Positions 8,797 to 10,895 of a DNA stretch of 10,895 nucleotides are shown here, piece after piece. Position 1 is the first letter of the stretch, and each line of letters opens with the position of its first letter. A program made the position numbers and the translations under genes. Origin of the DNA: Thermodesulfobacteriota bacterium. Its GTDB lineage: Bacteria > Desulfobacterota_D > UBA1144 > Nemesobacterales > N074bin48. The notes under the pieces were generated by a model, which was not told the origin of the DNA, made no database searches, and worked only from the letters and a program-made list of their open reading frames with translations. The stretch spans positions 1 to 10,895 of the forward strand of contig JBFFSH010000085.1 in assembly GCA_041572575.1 (NCBI GenBank), given 5' to 3'.

Positions 8797-10074
8797 TTGA
8801 ACTTCTTCATCTACTTAAGAGTAGGGCTTTTAGCCGCTACATTATGTTTATTGTTTTCAAGCGATTCTTTTGCAGGCGTTCCTGATCCCAACTGGGTTGC
8901 CCAAACAACTCAAGCCGATTGTACAGGAGCAGGTGCACAAAAACCTGGTGCTAATCCCGGACCACCTGATGATGTATGCCAGAGTTATGACCAGGATCTA
9001 TATGAAAACCTAGAAGCAACAGGAAATGGCTTCTGTGATTCGGACATTGCAAACTATACTGTAGGAGGAGATCCCGATTTCTATTATTTCGAATGGGATA
9101 TGGTTGGTGACTGGAATAACTGTAATGGAGATATGGTAGGAGAGGGGCATAACTACTATATTGCTATCGAAATAATCAGAGATAATACCGGTACCAATGT
9201 AAGTGATAACAGACCTGACTATTACATTGAATCACATTATAAACAGGGTGATCACGTTGACAGTGGAAATCTAAATAACTGGATTGCAGAATTTGAAAAC
9301 AATGTAAAGGCATTTATTGACACAGACATGCCCCCAGATGCTGGAGGACCTAATCCGCTTACAAGTGATAATCCTTCTCCGGCTGATGGAATGGATACTG
9401 AACTGCAAACAAGTGACTCAGATGATGCATATTTGAGAATTAGCACCAATTTCAACCCTCAGCTTGCAATAAGGGCAAGTCTTATTGGAAATCCAACTGA
9501 AATCAGGACTAGAGCAATAGTATTCCAAAGCAGTAGTTTAGGAGGTGATAAGTTTCCATGGCATGATCATCAACCTACATCAGATCTACCCGGTCAGAAT
9601 TTTGATACAGTATGTGCTATCGGATCAAACTGTTTAAATTCAACCCCAATCACCCTCTCCTACTTCAACGCAGAGAGTGCAGGTGGAAGCGTAAACTTCT
9701 CCTGGTCAACCGGCACCGAAGCCGGCAACGCCGGTTTTAACCTTTACGCACAAGGAGATGGAGGCAAAGAGAAACTAAACACAGAGATAATACAGAGCAG
9801 TGTAGGGGATTCTCTAGTCCGAACAGACTACAGCTATAGCGCAGAAAGTGGAGCGGAAATATTTTATATAAGCGATATAGACATTCTTGGCAAAGAGACA
9901 TTCCAAGGGCCTTTTACAATTAATACAGAATACGGAAGCAGAGAAGCTGCAGACCCTATAAAATGGGCAGAGATAAAAAAAGAGAGTTCTGGTAAACAAG
10001 AGATAAGGGAAGTAATAAAGAAATCAAAGGCAAAGAAACAGATAAAGGCTATAACTCACAGCAGGGCATACTAA
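8797..10074 (+). CDS. Secreted protein; N-terminal part of a probable C25-family peptidase gene (signal peptide, unrecognised Asp/Cys-rich domain, beta-rich domain, Lys-rich linker)
   Basis: SD AGGGGG at 8785-8790, 6 nt before the TTG. Sec-type signal peptide ending at ...SSDSFA. The segment PITLSYF...WSTGTEAGNAGFNLY...DIDILGKETFQGPF resembles the module I recall preceding C25 domains in secreted proteins. The ORF ends where another frame carries on. Confidence 0.75.
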   Translation: MNFFIYLRVGLLAATLCLLFSSDSFAGVPDPNWVAQTTQADCTGAGAQKPGANPGPPDDVCQSYDQDLYENLEATGNGFCDSDIANYTVGGDPDFYYFEWDMVGDWNNCNGDMVGEGHNYYIAIEIIRDNTGTNVSDNRPDYYIESHYKQGDHVDSGNLNNWIAEFENNVKAFIDTDMPPDAGGPNPLTSDNPSPADGMDTELQTSDSDDAYLRISTNFNPQLAIRASLIGNPTEIRTRAIVFQSSSLGGDKFPWHDHQPTSDLPGQNFDTVCAIGSNCLNSTPITLSYFNAESAGGSVNFSWSTGTEAGNAGFNLYAQGDGGKEKLNTEIIQSSVGDSLVRTDYSYSAESGAEIFYISDIDILGKETFQGPFTINTEYGSREAADPIKWAEIKKESSGKQEIREVIKKSKAKKQIKAITHSRAY

Positions 10075-10895
10075 CAACTACCTCCGCGGCAGGAGGTAAT
10101 GGAGGGAGCGTGGTACTTCCCTCCGCAGAACTGTTTGTAGATAAGGATGGAGTATACCGGGTAACGTATGAAGACTTGCAGGGTGCAGGCCTTGACCTTT
10201 TCGGAGTAAAGACAAGTGAAATAGCTCTAACTAACAGCGGAGCGCCTGTACCCCTGTATATACACACTTCTTCAGGGAAGACATTTGGCCCGGGAGGGTA
10301 CATAGAGTTTTATGGACAAGCACTAGATACTTTATATACAAACACTAATGTGTATGTGCTTTCTGTAAACGCAGATCTGGCACAGTCAGTAGATGTAGAC
10401 AAAAAACAGGCAGGTAAAAACACAGCAGTAGCAACTAGTTATCTGGAGACAAGAACTGTAGATAATAATAACAGCTACAGCTTTAGCTCCCCAAATGGAG
10501 ACCCGTGGTATGACGTACGGCTGTTTGCAAGAACAAGCCTACTTACAAGAGACTTCAATATAGAGCTTGATAACGTAGCATCCGGAAATGGAGGCAGTAT
10601 AAACGTAAGTTATTACGGTCTTACAGACTTTCCCGAAAACCCTGATCATCACGTGCAGACAGTGTTTAACGGAACTCAGATATCGGATGATATATTTGAT
10701 GGAACAACAAATATAGAGATAAATGAAGATTTAGATTCTCATGGAGTACAGATAACAGAAGGAACCAATACCCTTACACTAAACCTTCCCGGAGACACAG
10801 GGGTAGCGTTTGATATAGTAAACTTCGATAGTTTTAGTGTTACCTATCCAAGAGCGTTTGTAGCAAATAACGGAAAACTTGAGTTCAGTTCAGCA
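10053..10895 (+). CDS. Out-of-frame continuation (partial, runs off the window): region resembling the pre-catalytic part of C25-family (gingipain-like) cysteine peptidases
   Basis: Frame +3 has no stop from 9996 to 10895 (300 codons). It reads ...SQQGILTTTSAAGGNGGSVVLPSAELFVDKDGVYRVTYEDLQGAGLDL...FGPGGYIEFYGQALDTLYTNTNVYVL...PNGDPWY...PDHHVQTVFNG...EGTNTLTL...VTYPRAF. The GVYRVT, IEFYG and NVY motifs are typical of C25-family proteins. The catalytic His/Cys are not in the window. The start coordinate is my inferred junction; a GTG at 10110 is an alternative start. Confidence 0.75.

Noticed and set aside
9640..9750. Diversity-generating retroelement VR/TR, suggested by AAC/TAC-rich codons and a nearby inverted repeat
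   Set aside because: There is no second near-identical copy with adenine-specific mismatches and no reverse transcriptase in the window.
9975..9981. In-frame A_AAA_AAA slippery heptamer (A7 tract) as the frameshift or phase-variation site
   Set aside because: A -1 shift, or one extra A, here enters frame +3 upstream of TAA 9993-9995 and terminates at once, so it cannot join the two halves.
10099..10140. Short ATG ORF after AGGAGGT (MEGAWYFPPQNCL*)
   Set aside because: The SD is only 1 nt from the ATG, and the ORF is 13 codons long and overlaps the convincing +3 coding frame.
9252..10303. - strand ORFs 9252-9455, 9814-9999 and 10049-10303
   Set aside because: They are antisense to the secreted C25-like gene. 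10049-10303 simply mirrors the open +3 frame.

Overview
AT-rich bacterial window with every supported gene on the + strand. In order: an intrinsic terminator (57-95); a 39-aa single-TM ORF missing from the ORF track (187-306); an addB-addA helicase/nuclease pair, closely followed by a YbdG-like MscS channel gene; and a protein with two FHA domains. Next comes a sigma70-type promoter feeding a well-formed c-di-GMP-I (GEMM) riboswitch (about 8643-8738). It sits upstream of a large secreted protein that resembles C25-family (gingipain-like) peptidases. That gene is split by a -1 frame break near 10050-10074: the listed 425-aa ORF stops, and a second frame stays open to the window end with C25-like sequence. 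Two GC-rich hairpins lie directly after the stop codon. An abrupt change in codon style at 9640 suggests a foreign N-terminal domain was grafted onto a conserved body. The most interesting candidate system is therefore a c-di-GMP-controlled, possibly modular or frameshift-regulated secreted protease/adhesin. All family calls come from motif recognition by eye, with no database searches.
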